From assembly GCA_963842525.1 (NCBI GenBank), contig CAWJGT010000009.1, positions 384,001 to 448,000 on the forward strand: a stretch of DNA of 64,000 nt, written 5' to 3'. Made by a program: the position numbers and the translations under genes. Below, piece after piece: positions 33,068 to 43,521 of the stretch. This DNA comes from an uncultured Holophagales bacterium. Its GTDB lineage: Bacteria > Acidobacteriota > Thermoanaerobaculia > Multivoradales > UBA5704. The first letter of the stretch is position 1; each line of letters begins with the position of its first letter. The notes beneath the pieces were generated by a model. The model did no database searches and was not told where the DNA came from. It saw only the letters and a program-made list of their open reading frames with translations.

Positions 33068-36000
33068 CTACCGCCCGCCCTTCTTCGATGCCTGTGCTCC
33101 CGCCGGCACCGCTACCGGCTCGTTCGGTCCTTCCGGCTTCGGCGTCTTGGGGCCTCCCCGCTCGATGGTGTAGAGCGCGTCCGCGCTCGTCCCCTCCCCC
33201 GATTCGGCCTGGAGCGTCCACTTGTCGCTCAGCAGGTAGCGGATGCGGAAGGTGTTGACCGGCTGGAAAAGTCCCATCCCGAAAGAGACGTAGAGCTTCG
33301 GGGAGAGGTACTTGGCGACCACCAGGGAGGCCGTGTCCAGCGAGCCGTCGGACTCGATGCGCGCCTCTTCGAGCCCGAAACGGGCGGCGAGCTTCTTGGC
33401 AAGGAGGTTGCCGCCGCGGATGCCCAGCGCGGTGGCGGCGTTCGCCAGCCGGTCCCCCTCCTGCGGCTGGGCACGGTTGAGTGGCCGGCCGAGCATCAGG
33501 TAGGAGAGCTGCTCCGTCTGCGTCATGGTCGGATTGGACCAGAGCGTGACCTCCGGCTTCTTGATCGTCCCCTTGGCGACGATGCCGGCGATCGTGCCGT
33601 CGTCGGCCTTGCGGTAGGCGCGGAGGTCGACGGCCGGGTTGGCGAGCGGACCGGCGAAGATCACCCGGCCGCGCTCGATCGTCAGATCCTGGCCATAGGC
33701 CTTGAAAATCCCCTTCTCGACCTCGATCTCGCCGAAGGCGCGCGTCACCTGGCCGGGGCGTTGGACCACCAGGACCGAGCCGGTGGGCTCCGCGTCGAGG
33801 CCGAAAGCCTTGACCTCGATGTCCTTGCCGAGGATGAAGCGCACCCGGGCCGACACCGCCGTCTTCTGCACGGGCTCGGCGTCCCCCTCGGCGTTGACGA
33901 AGACGACGTCCTTGGACGCCGTGACCGGCCCTTCCTTACGCTCCTTGATCTCGACGTCCGCCTCGGGGATCACGATGTCGCCGGTGAGCTCGGCCGTGTC
34001 CCCCTGGGCGATGAAGGTGAGGTCCGGCGAGACCACGGCGCGGATCTCTTCGGTGTCGGAGACCTGGAACCGCTGGCCCTTGATGGCCAGGCGGACCGGC
34101 GTCTCGGGGCTCGGCATGCCCGCGCGGCCCTTGAGGGTCAGGGTCCCGGGACCGGACCGGACGCTGCCGTCGATCGCCAGGGCGCCGCTGCCGTCGCCGG
34201 TCGCTGTGAGCTGGATCGCCCGCAGCTCCAGGCCGAAGCGGGGAATGTCGGCGCGGCCGTCTCTCAGCCGGGCTTCGCCGACGAAACGGGGCGACCCCAC
34301 CGTGCCGGACAGGGCGTAGCCCCCTTCCAGAGCGCCCGCCGGTCGGCTCAGGTCGGGGACGAACCCCTCGACGAAGCCGAGGTTGGCGAGCGCCACGTCG
34401 ATCCGGCCGGAGAGCGGCTGGCTCTGGAACGGCACGCCGCCAACGAGCCGCGGCAGCCGCAGGTCGGCGCGGATCGAGCCCACGTCGGCCAGCGTGATCT
34501 GCGCCGTGGCCCGGCCCGGTCCGCCGGACCCGGCCACCGCCTGGACCACCCCCTCCTGGTAGCGGAACGCCACCGTCCGTCCCTCGGCGCCCGGGAAGCG
34601 GAGCTCGCCTGGGCCAGGCCGCAGGTCGACGTCGACCGAGGCCACGACCGTGTTGGTGCCGCGCGCCCGTGCCGTGCCGTTGAGGTCGCCGGTGACCTGG
34701 AGGTCGGGCGGAAGGAACGGCTTGAAGGTGTTGAGGGGGAAATCGGCGATGGTCGAGTCGACGCTCCATGGCCCGGCCTTGGACCAGCCGCCGGTGGCGC
34801 ACACCCGGGCGCCGCCCGAGACCCAGCAGAAATCCTTCAGATTGACCGCCTCCGTCGAGGCCGTGAGCGGTGCCGCGCCCGCCAGGCGCCAGGTTCCGGT
34901 CGGTTCCGACTGCAAGTCGAGCCGGCTGACCTGGCCTTTCCAGGATGTCGTGCCCACGAGGCCGCCGGCGAGCGCCAGGTCGAGGCGCCCTTCCTCGGCC
35001 ACGGCCGTTGCCGTGAGGGTGTGGCTCCCGCGGGTCCCCTGGCCGCGGACGGTCAGCTCCGAGAGCCGGTTCTCCCCGGACTGGAGGCCGGTGGAGCGGA
35101 GGTCCAGGGAGACGGTCCCGCCGGGCGCCAGGCTCACGTCCGCGACGAGAGCCGCCTGTGCGATCGCGGTGTCGCCGAAGCGGATCTCCTTGCCCTTGGC
35201 GTCGACCTGGATGCGCGGCGTCTTCGTCGGCCCGGAGAGCCGTCCCTGGGCGATCACCGCGCCGCCGCCGCGGGGCACCGCGATCCCCAGGTTGGGCGCC
35301 GTGACATTCCAAGCCAGATTGAAGGCCGGGGCGACCTGCCCTTGGGCGGATGCCTCCACCGTCCCCCAGCGAAGGTCGAGCCGCGTGATCTCCTGGCGCG
35401 GGCCGGCCATCCGCAGCCCCGCGGTCCCCGACACCGGCTGCTGGCGGAGCACGCCGGCGAAGCGGGGGATTTCGACGGTGCCGACCGGGCCTCCCTCCTC
35501 CAGCCGGCCGCGCGTCGACGCGGTGAACGAGAGGCGTCCCGGAAATTCGGGCGACAGCCGCGCCGGCTCGATCCCGTCGGCGCGCAGGTTCGCGGTCCAG
35601 CGCACCTGCGGCGCCCAGGCGACCTCGCCGGTGCCGCCGACCCGGCCGCCGAGCAGGCCGCCCTGGAGCTTCGCGAACCGGAAGTGGGTGCTGTCCCCCT
35701 GGCCGGCGACCACCCAGCGTCCGGGGAGGATGTCGCCGCCGGGGGCCTGCGTCAGGTCGGCCTGGACCTCCGCCTTGTAATCGTCGGCGTTGCCGGAGAC
35801 CTTGGCGGTGCCGCGTGAGCTGGCGACCAGCGTCGGGCCGCCACGTAGCGGCCAGCGGAGGTTTTGCCAGCTCGCATCGCCGTCGAAGTCGAAGGTCTTG
35901 TCCCGCAGAGTGATCAGGCCCTTGGCGCCGAGGCGCGTGGGGGTGCCCGGCAGGGAGACGTCGGCCTTGGCGATCCGCCATGCGGCTCCGTCGCGGGAGA

Positions 36001-36943
36001 CCTGGTAGGACACGACCGCCGGCCCGACCTCCGGCGCGCGCCCGCGGACCGTACCGGAGCTGGTGAATTCCTCGATCTGCCCGGCGATCCGGATCTCGCC
36101 GCTCGCCGGAATGTCGGGCAGGTCCGCCTTGATCAGCCGGGGGTTGAAGCCCGAGAAGCGCAAGCCGCCGTCGAACCCCAGGTCCGAGAGCGGCTGGGTC
36201 AGCACGGCATCGAGATGGGCCGGGAAGGGGGCCGCGAGGTCCTGGACCACGCGCAGCTTCTCCAGGCTGCCGGTCAGCGGTCCCTGGCCGGAGAAGGCCG
36301 CCATGTCAGGAAGCCGGACCGTCCAGCGGGCCTGCAGGTCCACCGGGTAGTCCCCCTGCGGCTGGAATCTGCCCGTGACGTCGCCGTCGAGCAGCGGCGC
36401 GCGCACGGTGAAGCGCTCGATCTGGAAGCGGCTGCCGATCGCCGTCGTCACCAGGTCGATGCGGTCGATGACGAAGGGGTCCGGCCCGGCGCCGATCTTC
36501 AGGTCGCGCACCCGCGCATCGCGCAGCAGGATGTTGAAGCCCAGATTGATGTCCGGCAGCGGACCGCTCTCCTTCTTCTCCTTCGACGGCGTGGGGACGA
36601 TGCGGATGCCGTCGGCGTAGAGGCGCTCGATGTCCACCCGGCGCGACAGGAGATCGCGCATCTTCCACTGGAGCTGGACGCGCTCGACGTACATGTCGAG
36701 GCCGTCGCGCTTGTAGACGAGCCCGCGGATGTCCAGCGGGCCGCGCAGCGGACCGTGGATCTCGCGCACCTCCAGCGAGCCGGGGACGATCGCGCCGAGG
36801 CGGGTGAACAGCCACTCGGTCCCTCCCTGGGTGCCGAGCAGGAACCAGACGGCGGAGCCCAGGAGCAGGGCAAAGACGACGAGAACGGCGGAGCCCCACA
36901 AGAGGGTCCGCCGCAGGCGGGGGTGGTTCAACAGCAGCTTCAT
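33068..36943 (-). CDS. tamB: Translocation and assembly module TamB
   Basis: N-terminal anchor LGTQGG, long beta-rich body, C-terminal YGQDLTIERG..FAGP..NP and KYLSPKLYVSFG. Confidence 0.93.
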   Translation of the reverse strand: MKLLLNHPRLRRTLLWGSAVLVVFALLLGSAVWFLLGTQGGTEWLFTRLGAIVPGSLEVREIHGPLRGPLDIRGLVYKRDGLDMYVERVQLQWKMRDLLSRRVDIERLYADGIRIVPTPSKEKKESGPLPDINLGFNILLRDARVRDLKIGAGPDPFVIDRIDLVTTAIGSRFQIERFTVRAPLLDGDVTGRFQPQGDYPVDLQARWTVRLPDMAAFSGQGPLTGSLEKLRVVQDLAAPFPAHLDAVLTQPLSDLGFDGGLRFSGFNPRLIKADLPDIPASGEIRIAGQIEEFTSSGTVRGRAPEVGPAVVSYQVSRDGAAWRIAKADVSLPGTPTRLGAKGLITLRDKTFDFDGDASWQNLRWPLRGGPTLVASSRGTAKVSGNADDYKAEVQADLTQAPGGDILPGRWVVAGQGDSTHFRFAKLQGGLLGGRVGGTGEVAWAPQVRWTANLRADGIEPARLSPEFPGRLSFTASTRGRLEEGGPVGTVEIPRFAGVLRQQPVSGTAGLRMAGPRQEITRLDLRWGTVEASAQGQVAPAFNLAWNVTAPNLGIAVPRGGGAVIAQGRLSGPTKTPRIQVDAKGKEIRFGDTAIAQAALVADVSLAPGGTVSLDLRSTGLQSGENRLSELTVRGQGTRGSHTLTATAVAEEGRLDLALAGGLVGTTSWKGQVSRLDLQSEPTGTWRLAGAAPLTASTEAVNLKDFCWVSGGARVCATGGWSKAGPWSVDSTIADFPLNTFKPFLPPDLQVTGDLNGTARARGTNTVVASVDVDLRPGPGELRFPGAEGRTVAFRYQEGVVQAVAGSGGPGRATAQITLADVGSIRADLRLPRLVGGVPFQSQPLSGRIDVALANLGFVEGFVPDLSRPAGALEGGYALSGTVGSPRFVGEARLRDGRADIPRFGLELRAIQLTATGDGSGALAIDGSVRSGPGTLTLKGRAGMPSPETPVRLAIKGQRFQVSDTEEIRAVVSPDLTFIAQGDTAELTGDIVIPEADVEIKERKEGPVTASKDVVFVNAEGDAEPVQKTAVSARVRFILGKDIEVKAFGLDAEPTGSVLVVQRPGQVTRAFGEIEVEKGIFKAYGQDLTIERGRVIFAGPLANPAVDLRAYRKADDGTIAGIVAKGTIKKPEVTLWSNPTMTQTEQLSYLMLGRPLNRAQPQEGDRLANAATALGIRGGNLLAKKLAARFGLEEARIESDGSLDTASLVVAKYLSPKLYVSFGMGLFQPVNTFRIRYLLSDKWTLQAESGEGTSADALYTIERGGPKTPKPEGPNEPVAVPAGAQASKKGGR

Positions 36944-39651
36944 AGATCAGGTCCTACCGTGAGATGGAAGCGGACGGGATGGCCCGGCTCGTTGAGGGCC
37001 CAGGCGGCATCGGCGCGGATCGGACCGATGGGGGTCACCCAGCGCAGCCCCACGCCGGCCCCCTCGGCCAGCTCGCCGGATAGCGACTGCATGGCGTTGC
37101 CGGCGTCGTAGAAGGCGGCGATCCCCCACTTTTCAAGGAACCGCCACTTTTGCAGGAAACGGAACTCGAGCTCGACGCTGCCGGTCAGCAGGCTCTCGCC
37201 GCCGATGATGTTGCCTTCCTCGTCGCGGCGGCCCAGCTCCTGATAGCCGTAGCCGCGCACGCTCTGGTCGCCGCCGGCGAAGAAGCGGACCGTCGGAGGG
37301 AGATCGCGGAACTGGTCCGTCTCGGTCTGTCCCACCTGGAGGCGCGTGATGAACCGGAAGCGGTCGGCGAAGCTGTGGATCAGCTTCCCCTCGGCCCGGC
37401 CCTGCAGGAAGGAGGCGTTCGAGAGCGCCGCTTCGTCGGCCCCCCGCAGGGTGAATTCGATGCGGTGCCCCCGGTTCGTGGAGATGCGGTCGTCGGCGCG
37501 CACCCGGGTCCAGGTGGCCTGGGGGATCAGCAGCTCCGAGGTCCCCTCGTCGACGCCGACCTCGAAGTCCTCGCGCTGGAAGCTGAGCCCGTAGGCCTCG
37601 CGCCAGCTCCCGCGCGCCTGGGTGAGCCCGACGCCGACCAGGGCGCTCTGGCTGCGGACGTCGTTCGGCCGCAGGTCGGCGTAGCCCACCTGGAAGGTGA
37701 TGACGTCCGTTCGTGGGTAGGCGCCCGGCATTTCATAGGCGGCGCTGAAGCTCTTCTCGATCTGGGAGAGCCGAGCCTCGGAGCGCCCGCGGTGGCCGCG
37801 GCGGTTGATCCGGCGCAGCTCCACCGCGGCCGTGCCCCGCGGGCCGGTGTCGGTCCCATAGCCCGCGCCGACGTTCCATCTCTGGCGTGCGCTGGCCACC
37901 AGGTTGACCACGATCGGCACCTCGACCCCCTGGGCGAGGTCCTGCCGCGGCACCACCTCGACGCGCTGGAAATAAGGGCTGTCGCTGAGCGTCGTCTGCA
38001 TCTCCAGCAGCTTGTCGACGTCGAGCGGCTCGCCCTGCTCGAAGGTGACGTAGCCCTTGAGGAGGTCGGGGTTCAGGAAGTCCTGGTTGAAGGTCACTGG
38101 ACCGAAGTGGAAGCGCGGGCCGGTGGCGAAGTGGACGGCGACCGCGGAGGTGTAGGTGTCGAGGTCGACGCGGATCTCGCTGGTCGTGAAGTCGGCGTTG
38201 AGATAGCCGCCGGCCGCCGCGTAGTCGACGAGCGCCTGCTTGCCCGCCTCGTAGTCCGGATGGAACACGGTCTCCCCCTGCTTCAGAGGGAAGTCGCGGA
38301 CCCGCTGCTGGAACCCGGGATCGTCCGCTCCCTCGCCTTCGACCCGCACGTCCAGGGTGCTCACCCGGAGCGGCGGCCCGGCCTCGACCGTATAGCGCGC
38401 CACCCAGGTGTCCTCCTCGCGTTCGAGGGCGCTCTGGATGGCCGGCCGGTAGTAGCCGAACGGCTGGAGGGCGAGCTTGATGTCCTCCTCGCTCCTGGCG
38501 TGCAGGCGCCGGATCCGCTCCTCGGTGAGGTCCTTGTCCTTCCGTGCCTCTTCCAGGCTCAGCGTGGCCAGGACGTTGCGCCGCAGGTCGCCGTCGAGGC
38601 CTTCGATCTCGACCCGCAGCTTCTCGCCGGCCCACGCCGGAGCCGCGGCAAGCAGCAGGAAGGCGAGCCCGAGGACGGCGACGATTCCCCCACTGGCCTT
38701 CCGTTGCTCCGCCGCTGCCAGGGCCTCGGGGCTGGGCGCGGCGGCGCCGGCCAGCTCCCGCGGCACCCGGATCGCCCCCTCCTCGGGCTTGGGGCGATGG
38801 GACCGGTACTCCCGCGAGTGGATGTAGGTGAATTCGGCGCCGAAGAAGAAGATCAGCGACGAGTAGTAGACCCAGAGCAGGACCACGACCAGCGAGCCCG
38901 CGGCCCCATAGGCCGAAGCGGCTCCCGTGCGGCCCAGGTAGTAGCCGATCAGCGTCTTGCCGATCACGAAGAGCAGAGACGTCACCATGGCGCCCAGGAA
39001 GACGTCCCGGCCGCCGAGCCGGACATCGGGCAGCAGGCGGTAGATCAGGGCGAAGAGCAGGGTGGTCACGACGAACGACAGGACGAAATTGAAGACCTGG
39101 AGCAGCTCGACCGGCAGCGGGAGGAGAGCCTCCAAACGGCTGCCCAGGCTGGACAGCCCGGCGCTCAGCACCAGAGAGACCATCAGCAGGAACCCGATCC
39201 CCAGAAGAACGGTGAACGACAGAAGCCGTTTCCGGAGGAGGGTTGTAAAAACTGCCCCGGGCCGCGGCGCCACGCCCCAGACACGGTTCAGCCCGTCCTG
39301 GAGCTGGACGAACACCGCCGTGGCGCCGAAGAGGAGGGTTGCAATCCCGACGACCGTGGCGATCCGGCCCGACCCCGGGCGGGCCGCGCTCTTCAGGACC
39401 TCCTGGATCAGCAATGCAGCCTCCGGTCCCATCAGGCCTCTGAACTCGGAGAAAATCTGGTTGCGCACCGCCTGCTGGCCGAAGACGGCTCCGGCGAGCG
39501 CGATCACCACCAGCAGCACCGGCGCCAGGGAAAAGATCGTGTAGAAGGCAAGGCTCGCGCTCTGGGTGGAAGCGCCGTGGCGATTCCAATGGACGATCAC
39601 TTCGCCCAGCAGCTTGCGCCATTCGTCGAGCCTCGTCTTCAATTTCTTCAT
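36940..39651 (-). CDS. tamA: YihY/BrkB-family membrane domain fused in frame to TamA (Omp85 family)
   Basis: ASLAFYTIFSLAP..YGAAGSLVVVLLWVYYS (YihY), then a signal-like segment AWA|GE, ALQPFGYY, GYGTDTG, RFFAGGDQSVRGY, TPIGPIRAD, terminal GPDL. Confidence 0.85.
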   Translation of the reverse strand: MKKLKTRLDEWRKLLGEVIVHWNRHGASTQSASLAFYTIFSLAPVLLVVIALAGAVFGQQAVRNQIFSEFRGLMGPEAALLIQEVLKSAARPGSGRIATVVGIATLLFGATAVFVQLQDGLNRVWGVAPRPGAVFTTLLRKRLLSFTVLLGIGFLLMVSLVLSAGLSSLGSRLEALLPLPVELLQVFNFVLSFVVTTLLFALIYRLLPDVRLGGRDVFLGAMVTSLLFVIGKTLIGYYLGRTGAASAYGAAGSLVVVLLWVYYSSLIFFFGAEFTYIHSREYRSHRPKPEEGAIRVPRELAGAAAPSPEALAAAEQRKASGGIVAVLGLAFLLLAAAPAWAGEKLRVEIEGLDGDLRRNVLATLSLEEARKDKDLTEERIRRLHARSEEDIKLALQPFGYYRPAIQSALEREEDTWVARYTVEAGPPLRVSTLDVRVEGEGADDPGFQQRVRDFPLKQGETVFHPDYEAGKQALVDYAAAGGYLNADFTTSEIRVDLDTYTSAVAVHFATGPRFHFGPVTFNQDFLNPDLLKGYVTFEQGEPLDVDKLLEMQTTLSDSPYFQRVEVVPRQDLAQGVEVPIVVNLVASARQRWNVGAGYGTDTGPRGTAAVELRRINRRGHRGRSEARLSQIEKSFSAAYEMPGAYPRTDVITFQVGYADLRPNDVRSQSALVGVGLTQARGSWREAYGLSFQREDFEVGVDEGTSELLIPQATWTRVRADDRISTNRGHRIEFTLRGADEAALSNASFLQGRAEGKLIHSFADRFRFITRLQVGQTETDQFRDLPPTVRFFAGGDQSVRGYGYQELGRRDEEGNIIGGESLLTGSVELEFRFLQKWRFLEKWGIAAFYDAGNAMQSLSGELAEGAGVGLRWVTPIGPIRADAAWALNEPGHPVRFHLTVGPDL

Positions 39652-39754
39652 GGTCCGTCTACAACGCGAATGCCTTGGTCGGCAAGAAGGATGCCAACCT
39701 GCGCCGGGGCTGTTGGGCGCCTCCGCATCGAGCAGCAGTGTTATGATCGCGATT

Positions 39755-40144
39755 ATGCCGAACATGCCGATGCACGCCGACGAGCGGCGGATCGCGGCAC
39801 TCCTGCGCGAGCTGATTCAGCAGGGAGGTGCTTCGAGCGAGGAGATCGAGAGCCGGCTGGGCTGGGAGCCCGGGCGGCTCGGCGCGGTGCTCAGCGGACG
39901 CCAGGGCCTCAGCTTCGAGGTCCTCCTCGAAGTCCTGCCGGTCCTGGACGAGACGCCCGGGAACTTCTTTGCACGCCTCTACGGCTTTCACCCCAGGGAA
40001 TCGGAGGACGCCGAAGGGCCGAACGGCTCCAACGGCTCTCCCAAGCCGGACCGCCGGTTCGAGGAGAGCCGGCGGGTCGTCAAGGACGCGATCGCACGCC
40101 GCTCCGCCTGGAAGGAGGAGCGGTCCACGACCACGACGTGCTGA
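39755..40144 (+). CDS. XRE-like helix-turn-helix protein
   Basis: LRELIQQGGASSEEIESRLGWEPGRLGAVLSG; convergent on the TPR array; start codon uncertain (39743-39770). Confidence 0.75.
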   Translation: MPNMPMHADERRIAALLRELIQQGGASSEEIESRLGWEPGRLGAVLSGRQGLSFEVLLEVLPVLDETPGNFFARLYGFHPRESEDAEGPNGSNGSPKPDRRFEESRRVVKDAIARRSAWKEERSTTTTC

Positions 40145-40153
40145 GGACGGGGG

Positions 40154-41536
40154 TTACTTCAGGCCCTGACGGTGGGGGAGCTGCTCCAGACGCGCGTTCA
40201 GGAAGCGGATCAGGTCGAACGCCTGGCGGCTCTGATCGGCCACCTGCTGGAGCTGGAGCAGCGCCGCGAGCGCCTCGCGGTCGACCCCCAGCGAGGTGAA
40301 GATCGGCACCATCTCCGACACCGACTGCTGGAGCGCCTCCACCTCGCCGAGCTTGAGGTAGACGGCCGCGAGGTCGAGCGAGACCACCGCAGCCTCGTAG
40401 AAGAGGTCCCGCTCCAGGAACCCCTGCCGGGCGCGCAGAAGGGACGCTTCGGCGGCCCGCAGATGCCCCAGGTCGCGCAGCAACTGCCCTTCCTGCCAGC
40501 CGGCGCGCAGCGAGATCAGCGAGTCGTTGAACTCCTTGTAGAGGTCCCGTGCCTCGAAGTAGATCGACAACGCCTGCTCGGGCCGGTCCAGGTCGATATA
40601 GCACCGGATCAGGTTGTGGCAGGCGGCGAGCAGCAGGTGCGGATCTCCTTCATGATCGATGAGCGGGATCGCCTGGTTGAGGATGCGCACCGCGGCCTCG
40701 GTCTCTCCGGAGTAGAGGGACGCGATCGCATTCTGCACCATGGTGCTGGCGAGGGCATGCTCGTCGTCGAGCTCGCGGTAGATGCGCCCGGCCTGGTCCG
40801 AAAGCTCGATCGCCTCGTCGAAGCGCCGCTGGAAGATCCGCAGCGAGGCGGTCTGCTCGAGGAGCCAGGCGCGCAACGGTGGGTCGCCGGTCCCCTCGGC
40901 ACAGAACCGGTGTGCCGTGGCGATGGCCTCCTCGGCCTCGCGCAGGCGGCCGGACACGCGCAGGGCGTTGCCGTGCTGCCGCCAGGCCTGGGTGCCCAGG
41001 TCCGCCAGCTTGGCGGCGCTGCCGGCCGTCGCGACCGAGCACGCCTCCGCGGACAGCCGGGCGAGATGCGCCAGATGGAGCATCCGGGCCGGATTTTCGT
41101 AGCGGGCGGCGTGGCTGGCCTCGATCAGGCGCGCGACGAGCTGCGCATTGGCGAAGCGGCTGTAGCTGCTCACCCAGCGCGCCTGCTCATCCAGAGGCAG
41201 CGGCGCCAGCTCGGCCATCAGCTCCTCGGGCGTGCTCTCCGGCGGCCGTCCCTCGGCAAAGAAGGCGGCCAACGCCTCCTCCGCCGCGGCGAAGGACCGT
41301 CCATACTCATACCCGGCCGATCCAGGATCCCGGTCGGAATTCCGTTCGGAGGGGATGCGGAACAGACGCTCCAGGCGACCGTTGTCCCAGCCCATGGCGT
41401 GCAGCGTCGCCCGGCAGGAGGCACAGCCGGCCAGCAGGTGCCGCAGCAGGCGCGCGTTGCGGGTCGCTTGCACCGGCCGCGACTCAGCCCGCAGGAAGCT
41501 CTCGAGCTCTTCGATGGTCGGATGGTCCGTCAGCAT
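40154..41536 (-). CDS. Zinc-motif + TPR-like protein (receptor 2)
   Basis: DHPT...HLLAGCASC; RYENPARMLHLA; GTGDP; [11 protein letters not shown]; [18 protein letters not shown]. Confidence 0.88.
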   Translation of the reverse strand: MLTDHPTIEELESFLRAESRPVQATRNARLLRHLLAGCASCRATLHAMGWDNGRLERLFRIPSERNSDRDPGSAGYEYGRSFAAAEEALAAFFAEGRPPESTPEELMAELAPLPLDEQARWVSSYSRFANAQLVARLIEASHAARYENPARMLHLAHLARLSAEACSVATAGSAAKLADLGTQAWRQHGNALRVSGRLREAEEAIATAHRFCAEGTGDPPLRAWLLEQTASLRIFQRRFDEAIELSDQAGRIYRELDDEHALASTMVQNAIASLYSGETEAAVRILNQAIPLIDHEGDPHLLLAACHNLIRCYIDLDRPEQALSIYFEARDLYKEFNDSLISLRAGWQEGQLLRDLGHLRAAEASLLRARQGFLERDLFYEAAVVSLDLAAVYLKLGEVEALQQSVSEMVPIFTSLGVDREALAALLQLQQVADQSRQAFDLIRFLNARLEQLPHRQGLK

Positions 41537-41649
41537 GGGCAAGCCCTCCAAAGAGCCTGTTCCGGATACAAGACAGAAACGGCGTACGGCCGTAGTATAA
41601 AATTATACGAGCCTGACGGCGCTCGGAGAAGAACGCGTTCTATCAGGTA

Positions 41650-41677
41650 AGTGCCCGCATGCGGGACAAACGGGACA
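41650..41677 (-). promoter_or_regulatory. Conserved bipartite motif TGTCCC-N18-CACT upstream of receptor 2
   Basis: Minus strand TGTCCCGTTTG-tcccgcatgcggg-CACT, same 28-bp span as the six peptide-gene copies. Confidence 0.65.
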
Positions 41678-41692
41678 GGCTTCCGATGCTCG

Positions 41693-43021
41693 TCACCCCT
41701 CCTGGTGCCCTCGCAGGCGGTCGAGCCGGGAGACGAGGAAGCGGATCAGGTCGAGCGCGCGGCGCTCGTGAGCGGCAAGCCGGCGCAACTGGAGGAGGGA
41801 CACGTAGAGCTCCCGGTCGACGTGGAGGGCGCGGAAGGCCGCTGCCGTCTCCCCCAGGGTCTGCTCCAGCTCTTCCGATGCGCCCAGGCGGATTTGGATC
41901 CCTGCCAGGTCGAGGGAGATGACCGCCAACTCGTAGAAGAGCCCCCGTTCCTCAAAGCCTCCGCGGGCCTGGCGCAGCGCCACCTCGGCCGCCCGCAGGT
42001 GCCCCAGGTCGCGCAGGATCTGCCCCTCCTGCCAGCCGGCGCGCAACTGGATCAGGGGGTCCTCGACGCTGCAGTACAGGTCCCTCACCTCGGAATGGAT
42101 CTCCAGCGCCCGGTCGGGCTCGCCGAGGTCGATGTAGCAGCGGACCAGGTTGTGGCAGGCGGCGAGCAGCAGGTGCGGGTCCGCCGCCGGATCGATGAGC
42201 GGGAGCGCCCGGTTGAGCAGGCGCACCGCGAGGTCCGCCTCGCCGCCATAGAGCGAGGCGACCGCCCTTTGCACCATGGTGCTGGCGAGAGACGTCCTCT
42301 CGTCGAGCTCGCGATAGATCCGTCCCGCCTCCTCGGCCAGGTCCGTCGCCTCCTGGAAGCGCCGCTGGAAGATGTATAGCGAGGCCGTCTGCTCGCAGAG
42401 CAGGGCCCGCAGCCTGGGATCGCCCGTCCCCTGGCCGCGGAAGCGCTGCGCGGCCGCGAACGCCTCCTCGGCCTCGTACAGGTGCCCGCAGACCCGCAGG
42501 GCATTGGCGACCTGCCGCCATGCCTGGGCCAGCAGGTCGGCCAACCGGGGCGCGCTCCCCGCCGACTCGACGGAGCAGCCCTCCGCGGCCCGGCGCGCCA
42601 GCTCGGCCAGGTGCAGCATGCGGCCCGGATCGTCGTACCGCACAGCTTGGCTGTCCGCGAGCAGGCGGCGGACCAGCGGGGGTGAGGCGAAACGTGGATC
42701 AGCCGCGCGGTGGAGCTGCTCCTCGCGCGGCAGCGCGGCGAGCTCGGCCAGCAGCTCCTCGGGTTGTTGGACCGGAGAGCGCCCTTCCGCCAGAACCTCG
42801 GCCAACGCCCGCCCGGCGGCGGCGAAGGCCTGGCCATAGCCGCGCTCCGACGGCCGCTGGCTCCGGATCTCGATCACGAGCTGCTGGCAGACGGGGCAGC
42901 CGGCCAGCAGGTGGCGGATACAGCGCGCATCGCCGGCCGCGGCCCTTCCGGAGCCCTGGCGCAGAAAGCTCGAAATATCGACGACGGATGCGTGTGGAGT
43001 CGGCATGACGATCTCGGCCAT
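41693..43021 (-). CDS. Zinc-motif + TPR-like protein (receptor 3)
   Basis: PHAS...HLLAGCPVC; RYDDPGRMLHLA; [11 protein letters not shown]; [18 protein letters not shown]. Confidence 0.88.
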   Translation of the reverse strand: MAEIVMPTPHASVVDISSFLRQGSGRAAAGDARCIRHLLAGCPVCQQLVIEIRSQRPSERGYGQAFAAAGRALAEVLAEGRSPVQQPEELLAELAALPREEQLHRAADPRFASPPLVRRLLADSQAVRYDDPGRMLHLAELARRAAEGCSVESAGSAPRLADLLAQAWRQVANALRVCGHLYEAEEAFAAAQRFRGQGTGDPRLRALLCEQTASLYIFQRRFQEATDLAEEAGRIYRELDERTSLASTMVQRAVASLYGGEADLAVRLLNRALPLIDPAADPHLLLAACHNLVRCYIDLGEPDRALEIHSEVRDLYCSVEDPLIQLRAGWQEGQILRDLGHLRAAEVALRQARGGFEERGLFYELAVISLDLAGIQIRLGASEELEQTLGETAAAFRALHVDRELYVSLLQLRRLAAHERRALDLIRFLVSRLDRLRGHQEG

Positions 43022-43063
43022 GATGGCATGGGGGCGGCTCGCGCCGCCCCCGCGTCCCTCGGC

Positions 43064-43393
43064 TCAGTACTGGCACCAGGGCCGGGGATTGCCCTGCGGA
43101 TCGATACAGGAGCCGGTATTGGGCACGACGACGATGATGAGACCGCCGCCGGGAGGATCCGTGACCTTCTTGCCGGCCTGCGAGACGGTTCCGGTCAGAC
43201 GTCCCAGGGTGCGTTCGCCGCCAGGCAGCAGGCTCTGGAGCCAGCTCAGGGCCGCATCGAACCAGGACAGGTCGCCGGTGAGGGCGGTCTCTCCGGATGC
43301 GAAGGGGCGTGCGTGAGCGGCGGGGGCGAGCGCGACGAGGCTGAGGATGACGACGACGGCGGCAGACAGACGACAGCACAGAGAATGAGACAT
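43064..43393 (-). CDS. Secreted GxxIDPxG peptide precursor (109 aa)
   Basis: RBS GGGAGGG; signal ending AAHA; WFDAALSWLQSLL; TGSCIDPQGNPRPWCQY*. Confidence 0.85.
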   Translation of the reverse strand: MSHSLCCRLSAAVVVILSLVALAPAAHARPFASGETALTGDLSWFDAALSWLQSLLPGGERTLGRLTGTVSQAGKKVTDPPGGGLIIVVVPNTGSCIDPQGNPRPWCQY

Positions 43394-43477
43394 GTTTCCC
43401 TCCCTACATAAAATGCGGTGCGCGATCGCCGCGTCCCGCGAATAGACAGCCTTCAGTAGATTCGCTCTTGGCCTAGT

Positions 43478-43505
43478 AGTGCGGAGACGGGGGGAAACCG
43501 TGACA
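43478..43505 (-). promoter_or_regulatory. Conserved bipartite promoter-like motif
   Basis: TGTCACGGTTT-N13-CACT, 85 bp upstream of ATG 43393. Confidence 0.7.
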
Positions 43506-43521
43506 CCTCTGTAGCACAACC

